Assembly (NCBI GenBank): GCA_902790595.1
Contig: CADASL010000007.1
Location: 30,200 to 94,199 of the forward strand
Length of the DNA stretch: 64,000 nucleotides
Reading direction: 5' to 3'
Source: an uncultured Bacteroidales bacterium
GTDB lineage: Bacteria > Bacteroidota > Bacteroidia > Bacteroidales > SZUA-534
Shown one piece after another: positions 17,159-26,394 of this stretch. The notes below the pieces were generated by a model that saw only the letters and a program-made list of their open reading frames with translations, did no database searches and was not told the origin of the DNA. Position numbers and translations under genes: made by a program. Within the stretch, counting starts at the first letter, position 1; each line of letters starts with the position of its first letter.

Positions 17159-19566
17159 ATGAGTTCGAAAAAAGAAATAAAGATTGAAGGGATAATGGCG
17201 TCGGACGGTGACGGAATGGAGGCGAGTTTTATTCCGATTATGTCGGAAGGCGGCCACCCGAATGAGAGGATTGAGATTCCTGACGAACTGCCAATCCTGC
17301 CGCTGCGCAATATGGTTATCTTTCCTGGCGTGCTGATTCCTATCAGCGTCGGGCGCGAAAAATCGCTCAACGCGATTTCAACGTGGAGGACCCCAAGCCT
17401 GAAGATTTGTACAATTACGGCACTATTGTGCAGATTGTCAAGATATTGGAAATGCCCGACAACACCACCACAATCATTGTTCAGGGCAAGCGTCGGTTTG
17501 TAATCAACAATTACATTGCGACGGAGCCGTACTGCACCGCCAACATTTCCGTCATCGACGAAGTGCTGCCCGACAACAGTCAACTTGCCGAATTTGAGGC
17601 TATTACAAGTTCGATTCGCGACTTGTCGTCGAAGATAATCCAAATGACGCCTGGAATGCCGAACGAGGCGGTTTTCGCTTTGCGCAACATCGAGAACGCC
17701 TTCTTCCTGATAAATTTTGTGTGCGTCAACACCGCCATCAACACCGAGGCGAAACAGGAACTGCTTGAGGAATCGAACGTTTTCAATCGCAGCGTCAGGT
17801 TGCTCGAACTGCTGTCGCAGGAAATGCAAAAGGTTCAACTTAAGGAAGATATACAATCGAAAGTGCGGGCCGAACTCAACAAGCAGCAGCGCGAGTTCTT
17901 CCTGAACCAACAGATAAAAACCATTCAGGACGAGTTGGGCGGAAACCCCACCGAAAAAGAAGCCAAAAACCTGAAAGACAAGGCGAAACAGAAAAAGTGG
18001 AGCAAGGAAATGGCCGATTATTTCGACAAGGAGATTGAAAAACTGCAACATCTGAACGCCGCTTCGGGCGAATATTCAATCCAACTCAACTATCTGCAAA
18101 CGCTGCTCGATTTGCCGTGGGGCGAGTACACCGACGACAATTTTGATATGAATCGCGCACGCGAAATACTTGACAGTCAGCATTGTGGACTTGAAAAGGT
18201 GAAGGAGCGCATTCTGGAGCACCTGGCCGTTCTGAAACTCAAAGGCAATCTGAAATCGCCCATTCTGTGCCTTTACGGCCCGCCTGGAGTGGGCAAAACA
18301 TCGCTCGGGCGGTCGATTGCCGAGGCGCTTGGGCGAAAATATGTGCGAATGTCGCTGGGCGGCCTGCACGACGAGGCCGAAATCCGCGGACACCGCCGCA
18401 CCTACATCGGTGCAATGCCTGGCCGCATCATCGAGAACATCAAAAAAGCCAAGTCGGCCAACCCCGTTTTTGTGCTCGACGAGATTGACAAGGTGTCGAA
18501 CGACTATCACGGCGACCCTGCGTCGGCTCTGCTCGAAGTGCTTGACCCTGAGCAAAATGGCGCATTCCACGATAATTATCTCGACGTTGATTTCGACCTG
18601 TCGAACGTAATGTTCATTGCCACGGCCAACAGCGTTGCGCCCATCAGCGCGCCCCTGCGCGACCGTATGGAAATGATTGAGGTGAGTGGCTACGTAATTG
18701 AGGAGAAAATTGCCATCGCGCGGCAGCATCTGATTCCGAAACAGTTGAAAGAGAATGGTTTGGAGCAGCATCCGTTTGCTATGGACGACGCTTCGCTCAC
18801 CTACCTGATTGCCAACTACACCCGCGAGTCGGGTGTGCGCGAACTCGACAAGCGCGTGGCCGAGATTTCGCGGAAGATTGCCAAAAAAATCGTCTTTGGC
18901 GAGCCCGTGCCCGAAAACCTGACGCCCGAAAACATTGTCGAATATCTTGGCAAACCCATCTATTCGCCTGATATGTACGACGATAACCGCTTTGCGGGCG
19001 TTGTCACAGGACTTGCGTGGACGGCCGTGGGCGGCGACATCCTTTTCATTGAGACAAGCCTGAGCCGCGGCAAGGGAACGCTCACGCTAACAGGCAATTT
19101 GGGCGACGTTATGAAGGAGTCGGCCACTCTGGCGCTGGAGTACATCAAGGCGCACGCCACCAAATTCGGCCTGAAACCTGAAATTTTTGAGAAGTGGAAC
19201 GTGCACATCCACGTGCCCGAGGGTGCCATTCCGAAAGACGGCCCGTCGGCAGGCGTAACAATGGTGACGTCGCTGGCGTCGGCGTTTACGCAGCGCAAGG
19301 TGCGCAAGGCTCTGGCAATGACGGGCGAGATTACGCTGCGCGGCAAGGTCCTGCCCGTTGGCGGCATCCGCGAGAAGATTCTGGCCGCCAAACGCGCTGG
19401 CATAAAAACGGTGATTCTGTGCGAGCAGAACCGCAAAGACATTGAGGAAATCAAACCCGAATATATCGAAGGCGTTGAGTTTATATATGTTAGCACAATT
19501 GAGGAAGTGCTGCAAAACGCGCTGCTGGAGGAGAAGGTTGAGGGGGCGATAGAGATTACGGTTTAA
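17159..19566 (+). pseudogene. lon: ATP-dependent Lon protease, reading frame broken near 17378-17385
   Basis: The start of the N-domain (LPILPLRNMVIFPGVLIPISVGREKSLNAI) is in one frame and stops at 17503. The rest (VEDPKPEDLYNYGTIVQIVKILEMPD..., Walker A GPPGVGKTS, protease DGPSAGV) is in another frame from 17383. The span 17159-19566 is 2408 nt, which is not a multiple of 3. Confidence 0.7.
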
Positions 19567-19603
19567 GAAAACATTGATTATATATCCAAATTTGTATCAT
19601 ATT

Positions 19604-20164
19604 ATGAGTAACAAACCCATTGGAAAAATAAAGACAGTTAAAATCATAGTTTTTGCATTACTTTATTTGTTATCTGGTTTTATTTTATCTATGGTACCAT
19701 ATTGGTCTGGAGAACGCGATGGTTGTGGTCTCTTGCTTTGGATTTTTACTGTTATACCATTTCTATTTTTTCTTATTGCTACTTTAATTGTTGCCATTCT
19801 CGCGTTAAGAAATATTTGGAGGTATTCTTTTAGCAAAGTAATACTAATCGGTTCAACAATCACTTTTTGGCTTAATTGGGTGTTGCTCCTTTCCTATGGT
19901 ACTATTATACCATTTCTATTTTTTCTTATTGCCGCTCTAATTGTTGCCATTCTCGAGTTAAAAAATATTTTTGAGTGTTCTTTTAGCAAAGCAATACTAA
20001 TCGGTTCAACAATCACTTTTTTGCTGATTTGGCTGGTGTCACTTTGCACTAATAATTATATACCCGAATATTTTATTAGAACAGCATCATTTTGGAGTTG
20101 GGTATTATATTTTACAATGCCTGCCATTTATTATGGGCTCGCAAAGTTATTATTCCGAGATTAG
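19604..20164 (+). CDS. Small multi-pass membrane protein with an internal duplication
   Basis: ATG at 19604 (MSNKPIGKIK). Hydrophobic helices. IIPFLFFLIA(T/A)LIVAIL...SFSK(V/A)ILIGSTITF occurs twice. AT-rich. Confidence 0.55.
   Translation: MSNKPIGKIKTVKIIVFALLYLLSGFILSMVPYWSGERDGCGLLLWIFTVIPFLFFLIATLIVAILALRNIWRYSFSKVILIGSTITFWLNWVLLLSYGTIIPFLFFLIAALIVAILELKNIFECSFSKAILIGSTITFLLIWLVSLCTNNYIPEYFIRTASFWSWVLYFTMPAIYYGLAKLLFRD
19752..20023 (+). repeat. In-frame tandem duplication, two units of about 119 nt with a 153-nt period
   Basis: 19752-19870 against 19905-20023 is about 90% identical by eye. Confidence 0.8.
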
Positions 20165-20216
20165 CCGTTTTCACCCTAAAACTTAATGTTTTAGCATAAT
20201 GATAAACTGCATTTAA

Positions 20217-20354
20217 ATGAAAACCCCATTCACCATATTAAAGTGGTTATTCATTTCATTAGGCGCTATATTTTTAATCCTTAATATTTTAGCGCTAACG
20301 CCCGCGCCATTTTATATGCACCGCAGTCTTGAAAAAAACTCAAAAAAATTTTAA
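20217..20354 (+). pseudogene. Truncated 5' copy (45 codons) of the DUF218/YdcF-like gene at 21630
   Basis: Hand translation gives MKTPFTILKWLFISLGAIFLILNILALTPAPFYMHRSLEKNSKKF*. This matches ..VKWLFVSFGAIFLILNILALTPAPFYMHRCLGED.. of the intact gene. The DNA repeat is 20240-20329 against 21677-21766. Confidence 0.8.
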
Positions 20355-20422
20355 ACCTGCGCAGCAATCTCGCGTAGGTTGCAATTTCCTTTGCACACAT
20401 AAACTTTAAAAACAAAAGAATT

Positions 20423-21154
20423 ATGGAAATGACAAGTGAGTGGGCTGAGAGCGAGTGCAGAATCGCCTGCAAGGGTGAGAACCCAAAGTTTAATTTCGAT
20501 GGTAACGAGTTCGACAGCAGATGTGAGAGTTACAAGTCAGCGTTGAAGGCGTTCAAGTCTTTGATGGAAGATGAGCGAAAAGAAATGGATTTCGATTTCA
20601 CGAAGTCCATACTGAACAGGCTGCTGGAAGGCAAGCCGTTGACACCGATAACTGAAAATGACTTTGTTGAGGGTAAAGGTCATATCGTATCGGATGAGTT
20701 TTTAAAGCGTTGCGGTTTGAAATCGTTCATACAATGCACAAGGTTGCGCAGTCTGTACAGAGAGGAGACGTCGGGTGGAGAAGTGCGGTACAGAGATGCG
20801 GAGAGAAGTTACTTTGTTGATGTGGACAATCCGTCACGCACCTACTTCACCGACTGCGAGTTCTTTGATGAGATGTTTCCGATAACGCTGCCGTATATGC
20901 CTGCGGTAGAGCCTTACAAGATATACGAGCGTACATTCTTGACTGATGAAAAAAACGGTGAGTTTGACACAAGGAATGTTATGTACGTGATAACACCGAG
21001 TGGCGAGAGAGTTGATTTGAACTTGTACTTCACGGAGGTTGATGGAAAGTGGAAACAGATAACGAAGGATGAATACGAAGAGTTGTGGAGCAAGCGCGTG
21101 GACAAGGCTAGTGACGATGACTACAAGGAATCGAAGAAAGACTGTGCAAAATAG
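20423..21154 (+). CDS. Hypothetical protein, 243 aa, acidic, no recognised domain
   Basis: Clean ORF inside the repeat-bounded segment. I recognise no motif in it. Confidence 0.55.
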   Translation: MEMTSEWAESECRIACKGENPKFNFDGNEFDSRCESYKSALKAFKSLMEDERKEMDFDFTKSILNRLLEGKPLTPITENDFVEGKGHIVSDEFLKRCGLKSFIQCTRLRSLYREETSGGEVRYRDAERSYFVDVDNPSRTYFTDCEFFDEMFPITLPYMPAVEPYKIYERTFLTDEKNGEFDTRNVMYVITPSGERVDLNLYFTEVDGKWKQITKDEYEELWSKRVDKASDDDYKESKKDCAK

Positions 21155-21197
21155 TGTTTATCTTTGAAGAAAGGAGTTGCGAAAAAAACAGTAAAAA

Positions 21198-21617
21198 ATG
21201 AACCTGCAAAAACTTGAGAAATTTATTGACCGTCAAAAAGTTAGCATTGTGGCTTCAATTGATGATGAAGGCTTTCCGAACTTGAAGGCGATGCTCAAGC
21301 CGCGCAAGCACGTGGGGCTGAGGGAGTTCTATTTTTCCACCAACACTTCGTCGATGCGCGTAAGGCAATATCAGGACAATCCAAAAGCGAGTATCTATTT
21401 CTACCACAAGGGTTTGATTCGCTACGAGGGCGTTATGCTCATTGGCAAAATGGCGGTTCTGACCGACCAAGAAAGCAAAAACTCAATTTGGAAGCGCGGC
21501 GACACAATGTTTTACAAAGGCGGCGTCACCGACCCCGACTATTGCGTGCTGAAATTCACCGCCGAAAGAGGTCGATACTACTGCGACCTGAAAACGGAGA
21601 GTTTTGAAATTGAATAA
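21198..21617 (+). CDS. Pyridoxamine 5'-phosphate oxidase-like FMN-binding protein (general stress protein 26 type)
   Basis: FPNLKAMLKP...FYFSTNTSSMRVRQYQDNPKASIYFY...IWKRGDTMFYKGGVTDPDYCVLKF is the split-barrel PNPOx-like pattern. Confidence 0.75.
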   Translation: MNLQKLEKFIDRQKVSIVASIDDEGFPNLKAMLKPRKHVGLREFYFSTNTSSMRVRQYQDNPKASIYFYHKGLIRYEGVMLIGKMAVLTDQESKNSIWKRGDTMFYKGGVTDPDYCVLKFTAERGRYYCDLKTESFEIE

Positions 21618-21629
21618 TTGCCTAACGTT

Positions 21630-22355
21630 ATGCGATTTGCAGCGGACATAAAACTAAAACGCACTATTGCCGCCGTAAAGTGGCTGTTCGTTTCGTTTGG
21701 CGCTATATTTCTAATCCTAAATATTTTAGCGCTAACGCCCGCGCCATTTTATATGCACCGCTGTCTGGGCGAGGATTCGGCGTGGAATAGCGATTCGACA
21801 ATCAAATTCCGTCCCGACTACGTTGTTATGTTCGGCGGCGCGGGAATGCCGTCGGGCAGCAATCTGATAAGGCTTTACTACACGGCCGAGTTTGCGCGAA
21901 ATTTGCATACGCCCGTTGTTCTTGTCCACCCGCAAGACTCTGTCTGTCAGGCTGAAATGACGAAATATCTTGTCCGCAGCGGCCTTGCGCCCGACAGCAT
22001 TTTTTATATGACTGGCGGAAGCAACACGCGCTCGCAGTCGGTCTGCCTTGCCGACAGTTTTCCGCAGTTGCGCAGCGTCAATTTACTGATAATCACCGCA
22101 CCCGAGCACCTTGCCCGAACCTTGAAATGCCTAAAACGGTGCGGCTTTAAAAGCATTCGTGGCATTGGCGCGTTCGAGAGCACCGTCAATTTTGACCTTA
22201 CGCTCGACAAGCGGAAACTAAAAGGAAATCAGCTCGTTCCTGACGTTGAGAGCACCAATCTGCGATACACGTTCTGGAACTATCTTCAACTCGAAATCGT
22301 CTGCTTCCGCGAGTATTTCGCAACAGCGTATTATTGGGTGAAGGGGTGGATATAA
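21630..22355 (+). CDS. YdcF/ElyC-like DUF218 family protein
   Basis: N-terminal TM helix, then the YVVMFGGAGMPSGSNLIRLYY block typical of DUF218. ATG at 21630. Confidence 0.7.
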   Translation: MRFAADIKLKRTIAAVKWLFVSFGAIFLILNILALTPAPFYMHRCLGEDSAWNSDSTIKFRPDYVVMFGGAGMPSGSNLIRLYYTAEFARNLHTPVVLVHPQDSVCQAEMTKYLVRSGLAPDSIFYMTGGSNTRSQSVCLADSFPQLRSVNLLIITAPEHLARTLKCLKRCGFKSIRGIGAFESTVNFDLTLDKRKLKGNQLVPDVESTNLRYTFWNYLQLEIVCFREYFATAYYWVKGWI

Positions 22356-22387
22356 AAAAGCCCAATTCACGCAGAATCGGGCTTTTA
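22354..22387. terminator. Bidirectional terminator between convergent genes
   Basis: A-run, AGCCCAATT...AATCGGGCT (8 of 9 bp paired), then a T-run. Confidence 0.55.
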
Positions 22388-22406
22388 TTCAATTATTCAA
22401 ATTCCA

Positions 22407-24344
22407 TCATTCAAACACCGCCACAAAGCCGCCATTCGGCTGCATTGTTACTTCAAATGCTTTCAAATCAACGTTTTCGGCAATAGAATGAGCCATCTGC
22501 CATTTGTTGTCGGTGTCGGTGAAGATTTCGGCCTTATCGGCTGAGCCAATGGCGCTCAAATCGAGCGTCAGACGGCGCGCGGCCTTCTCGCCGTTGATTC
22601 CCGCCACATACCATTTATCGCCTGAGCGGCGTGCGGCAACAAAATACTGGCCTGGATAGCCGTCGATAAACAGGCTCTGGTCCCAAGTGGTGGGAAAATC
22701 CTGCAAAAGGCTGACCACATAATCGGGTTGCGCGGCCATTCCGTCATCGGTTTCGGCAAAATGCTGGACGCCAGACAAAAACAGCACTGGCAAAGCCAAC
22801 TCGAAAGCGTTTGTGGTGGCGCGCTCAATGCCCGGTATCGCCGCAAGGCTCATCGGGGTGAAATCCATCGGGTCGAAGACGTTTCGCGTGAAGAGCCAGC
22901 AGCACGACTGCGTCGGAATCATATCCTGATATTCCTGCGTAAATGTCGAGTACTCAAAGCCTTTCACCGCCTCCATCGTGACCAGATTCGGATAGGTTCG
23001 CTGCCAGCCGCGCGGAAGGGTTGCGCCGTGGCAATTGACCATCAGGTGGTGCGCCGCCGCATCAGCGAAAATATCGGCATAATATTGCATAACTGGCTGT
23101 CCGTCACCAGCAAAGAAATCAACCTTGATACCCTTTACGCCCATCTGCTCCAAGCGACTGAACTCCTGCTCGCGCATCTCGTGAGTGAGCAGGCGGCTTT
23201 TGGGCGTGTATTCGGTTGTGTTCCAAGCGCCCGACGAGTTGTACCACAGAATCAGCCCCACGCCTCTCGCGGCGGCGTATTGCGCCAGTTCGGCAATGCG
23301 GTCGTAGCCGATTGTGCGGTCCCAGTTCACGTCAACCAGGCAGTACTCCCAGCGCATTCGGGCGGCGTAATCGACAAAGCTCTTCTGCACGTCGTACACC
23401 ACCGACTCGTCTTTCAGTTTGGCCCAACTCCACGACGCGTGTCCTGGCTTCACCCACGAGTAGTCGCCATCGACGGCGGGCGCCGCCAAATCGGTGCCAA
23501 TGGTCGATTCAACAATGCCTTTCAAGTTGCTGGAAACCGACACCGTGCGCCACGGCGACTGCCACGGGAATGTCAGCCGCGGCCGAATGTCCTGCGTTGC
23601 CGTGTCGATAACCTCCTGCGGCATCGGAAAGCGGACCTTGTATTCGGGCGTTCCCGCAATTTCGGTCAGGCGCGTGCCGCAATATTGCGTTGTCAAGCCA
23701 GTTTCCGAGACCAGCACCCAAGCGCCATTGCTTTGAAACAGTGCGGGATAAACCCACCCCGACGGCCACGGGCACGGCGTCCCGACTGGCACATTCTGCG
23801 TGTAATTCTCCTCGTACGACGGATTGGTGCCGCACCAGCCCGTTTTTGCAATGGCCATTATCTGCAGCCAGGCACGAGCGCTATCGGCAAAGCAAAAACT
23901 GCTAAACTCATCATTCACAATATTTTGGCCGCTTTTCAGCGAGTTAATCTGATAGCGGAAGGCGAAACCATCGTCCGACACGCGGAACGCAATGCCAAGT
24001 GTATCGCCCGACTGCGCCAACAAGTTGAAAATCTTTTCGTTGGCGCAATAGTGATAATCAGTCTGCTTGCCAGTTTTGAGCGAATATTTATCCTCAACAC
24101 CCGCGCTAACGGTCGAAATCAGGCGGAACCCGTCTTTAAGGTTGCAGCCCTCAACATCGAGCCCCAACGCCGAGCAGCCAATAACCGTCTGGCCGTCAAG
24201 TTGCGCCGAGTAGCGCGGCTCGCCATTCGCCGAAAGGCTGAAACTGACTTTAATGCGACCGTCGGGCGACGTAACATCGGTGTCGGCTTTTGTGCAACCA
24301 GTCAGAATTATCGCGGCAGCGACCGCAATGTGCAATGCTTTCAT
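22407..24344 (-). CDS. Glycoside hydrolase family 97 (alpha-glucosidase / alpha-galactosidase type), lipoprotein
   Basis: Lipobox ILTGC. GVKGIKVDFF and VNCHGATLPRGWQRTYPNLVTMEAVKGFE are blocks characteristic of GH97. Confidence 0.85.
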   Translation of the reverse strand: MKALHIAVAAAIILTGCTKADTDVTSPDGRIKVSFSLSANGEPRYSAQLDGQTVIGCSALGLDVEGCNLKDGFRLISTVSAGVEDKYSLKTGKQTDYHYCANEKIFNLLAQSGDTLGIAFRVSDDGFAFRYQINSLKSGQNIVNDEFSSFCFADSARAWLQIMAIAKTGWCGTNPSYEENYTQNVPVGTPCPWPSGWVYPALFQSNGAWVLVSETGLTTQYCGTRLTEIAGTPEYKVRFPMPQEVIDTATQDIRPRLTFPWQSPWRTVSVSSNLKGIVESTIGTDLAAPAVDGDYSWVKPGHASWSWAKLKDESVVYDVQKSFVDYAARMRWEYCLVDVNWDRTIGYDRIAELAQYAAARGVGLILWYNSSGAWNTTEYTPKSRLLTHEMREQEFSRLEQMGVKGIKVDFFAGDGQPVMQYYADIFADAAAHHLMVNCHGATLPRGWQRTYPNLVTMEAVKGFEYSTFTQEYQDMIPTQSCCWLFTRNVFDPMDFTPMSLAAIPGIERATTNAFELALPVLFLSGVQHFAETDDGMAAQPDYVVSLLQDFPTTWDQSLFIDGYPGQYFVAARRSGDKWYVAGINGEKAARRLTLDLSAIGSADKAEIFTDTDNKWQMAHSIAENVDLKAFEVTMQPNGGFVAVFE

Positions 24345-25894
24345 AATTTGTTATTTGAGAATTGAAGTTTTACCACCGACATTGCAGGCATATCAACTTT
24401 GAGCACACCTTTGGCTGGTTTCTTAACGTCGAACGGCTTGAGCGTAATCTTTTCGGCTTTCCCGAAATCGTTGTAATCGTTCATTTTGCTTGCCGTAACA
24501 ATCTCTCCTTTAAGCGTTTTTGCAGCCAACTGGCCAATCTCAACATCAACAGTCTCGCCTTTGTTCGGATTCAGATTGACGAGCGTGAGCGTCACCACGC
24601 CGTCTTTTTCGGAAGCCGAAGCGCAAATTGTTTTGGTCGATTTGCCTTCGAAAGTGTACTTATTGCTCTGAACGTCAGTTGGTATCAACTTTGCGCCCTG
24701 GTGGTCAGCATACATTTTGAAAACATAGTATGTCGGCGTGAGCACCATCTGCTCGTCTTTTGTCAGGATAACCGCCTGCAAAACATTGACCATCTGCGCG
24801 ATATTGGCCATCTGCACGCGCTCGGCGTGGTTGTTGAAAATGTTCAGGCCCATACCCGCCACAATGGCGTCGCGCATTGTGTTCTGCTGGAAAAGGAAGC
24901 CAGGATTGGTGCCAGGCTCAACGTCGTACCAGCAGCCCCACTCGTCGAAAATCACGCCCACCTCGTTGTTCGGGTCGTACTTCTGCATAATGCCAATGTG
25001 AAGGTCGAGCAGGCTGTCCATTGCCCACGCCTCGCTCACGGTCGAGTACCACAAATCTTCTTTGAAATCGGTGGCCGAGCCCTTTGAGCCTGTCCAGGTG
25101 TTGATTGGCAGAGTGTATTTGTGCAGCGACAGACCTTGTGTGATACTGTGCTGTTTTTCAGTCTTTTTCATCAAGACTTCGGTCCAGTTGGGGTCGTCGG
25201 CAGTTGCACCGCAGGCAATGCGGTAAGGCGCGCCGCCACAGAAGGTTGCGAAACGGCGGTAAAGGTCGGCGTAGTATTCAGGCTCCATATTGCCGCCGCA
25301 GCCCCAGTTCTCGTTGCCAATGCCGAAATACTTCACGTTCCACGGGTCCTCGCGGCCGTTCTGCTTGCGCAGTTGCGTCATTGGACTCTCGTTGGCCGAA
25401 GTTATGTACTCAACCCATTCGGCGGCCTCGCGCACATCGCCCGAGCCCACATTCAGATTCACATAGGCGTCGCAGCCCAGCAGTTCGCAGAAATCGAGAA
25501 ACTCGTGCGTGCCGAAACTATTGTCCTCAGTCACGCCGCCCCAGTTGGTGTTGATAATCGACGGGCGTTTATCCTTCGGACCAATGCCGTCTTTCCAGTG
25601 ATAGGTGTCGGCAAAGCAACCGCCAGGCCAGCGCAGCACAGGGATTTTCAGCGCCTTGAGCGCCTCAACCACGTCGTTGCGGTAACCGTTGGTGTTTGGA
25701 ATCTTCGAGTCGGCACCCACATAAATGCCACCATAAATGCAGTGTCCCAGGTGCTCGGCAAAGTGTCCGTAAATGTCTTTGCTAATGGTTTGTTTGGCGT
25801 TTTCGGGGTGCAGAACGATTTTGTTCTGGGCCGAAACGAATGTTGCCCCGCATACCAGCGAAGCCGCCGCGATAGTTTTAATGATAAGTTTCAT
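24341..25894 (-). CDS. Alpha-L-arabinofuranosidase, GH51
   Basis: Start taken at MKLIIKTIAAASLVCGATFVSAQ. LRWPGGCFADTYHWKDGIGPKDKRP and GIGNENWGCGG are typical of GH51. Its stop overlaps the GH97 start by 4 nt. Confidence 0.85.
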   Translation of the reverse strand: MKLIIKTIAAASLVCGATFVSAQNKIVLHPENAKQTISKDIYGHFAEHLGHCIYGGIYVGADSKIPNTNGYRNDVVEALKALKIPVLRWPGGCFADTYHWKDGIGPKDKRPSIINTNWGGVTEDNSFGTHEFLDFCELLGCDAYVNLNVGSGDVREAAEWVEYITSANESPMTQLRKQNGREDPWNVKYFGIGNENWGCGGNMEPEYYADLYRRFATFCGGAPYRIACGATADDPNWTEVLMKKTEKQHSITQGLSLHKYTLPINTWTGSKGSATDFKEDLWYSTVSEAWAMDSLLDLHIGIMQKYDPNNEVGVIFDEWGCWYDVEPGTNPGFLFQQNTMRDAIVAGMGLNIFNNHAERVQMANIAQMVNVLQAVILTKDEQMVLTPTYYVFKMYADHQGAKLIPTDVQSNKYTFEGKSTKTICASASEKDGVVTLTLVNLNPNKGETVDVEIGQLAAKTLKGEIVTASKMNDYNDFGKAEKITLKPFDVKKPAKGVLKVDMPAMSVVKLQFSNNKL

Positions 25895-26205
25895 AATCAG
25901 TGATTTAACAATAAATTGATTTTCTGTTTCAAAAATTTTGTGCAAGATAATCGAACTTTTGGAAGTTCTCAAGGTTTTATCGTTTGCGTAATGATTCGTA
26001 TCGATTTCGTTAAAACTGCGTGTAAAATGCGAAATTTCTCGCGAAATCTGACGGCAACTTTCCGACACCAATTGGTTTTAACGGCCCTTAGTGCGCCCGA
26101 CATTCACGTTGTCATTTTATAAACCTCCTAAAATCAACGCGTTATCTTTAGGTTGATTTTATTCAAAAAAAAGCCTCGCGGATTATTGCCATTTTAAGTT
26201 TTTTC

Positions 26206-26213
26206 TACCTTTG
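26206..26213 (+). promoter_or_regulatory. Candidate -7 promoter element (TACCTTTG) for tRNA-Lys
   Basis: TAnnTTTG match ending 7 nt before the tRNA 5' end. Confidence 0.5.
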
Positions 26214-26220
26214 CACCGCT

Positions 26221-26293
26221 GACTCGCTAGCTCAGCTGGTAGAGCAACAGACTCTTAATCTGTGGGTCCAGGGTTCGATCCCCTGGCGGGTCA
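26221..26293 (+). tRNA. tRNA-Lys (anticodon CTT)
   Basis: Hand-folded cloverleaf. Acceptor stem GACTCGC/GCGGGTC, D arm GCTC-AGCTGGTA-GAGC, anticodon stem ACAGA/TCTGT with loop CTCTTAA, T arm CAGGG-TTCGATC-CCCTG. CCA is not encoded. Confidence 0.9.
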
Positions 26294-26304
26294 CAAAAGG
26301 AAAA

Positions 26305-26335
26305 AGGAAGCTGAAATGGCTTCCTTTTGTTGTTT
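26305..26335 (+). terminator. Terminator after tRNA-Lys
   Basis: AGGAAGC-tgaaatg-GCTTCCT stem followed by TTTTGTTGTTT. Confidence 0.7.
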
Positions 26336-26355
26336 AATACTGTTACACATAAATG

Positions 26356-26386
26356 AAAAAACGCGGGTCGCAATGCGAATCCGCGC
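26356..26386 (-). terminator. Terminator after ssrA
   Basis: On the minus strand, a GCGCGGATTCGCA-T-TGCGACCCGCGT extended hairpin followed by T6. Confidence 0.75.
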
Positions 26387-26394
26387 TTTTGTTG

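Noticed and set aside
16846-18051. 401-aa minus-strand ORF spanning the end of the GlmU-like gene, the octamer-repeat spacer and the start of lon.
   Set aside because: It crosses two well-supported plus-strand genes and an intergenic repeat. It has no recognisable domain and a low-complexity composition.
17383-19566. Treating the 727-aa ORF from GTG 17383 as a complete, normal lon gene.
   Set aside because: The conserved Lon N-terminal block (LPILPLRN..FPG....I.VGR.KS) is clearly present just upstream in another frame. The 727-aa ORF is therefore the distal part of a disrupted gene rather than a naturally short Lon.
22728-24365. 545-aa ORF on the plus strand covering almost the whole GH97 gene.
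   Set aside because: The sense (minus) strand gives a clear GH97 with a lipoprotein signal. The plus-strand product is R/A/P-rich with no motif. It is a typical shadow ORF.
7631-25894. Esterase, GH97 and GH51 genes considered as parts of a polysaccharide utilisation locus.
   Set aside because: No SusC/SusD pair or hybrid two-component regulator is adjacent. The esterase lies 13 kb from the GH pair, with unrelated genes between. The only TBDR in the window (44953-47703) has no SusD partner.
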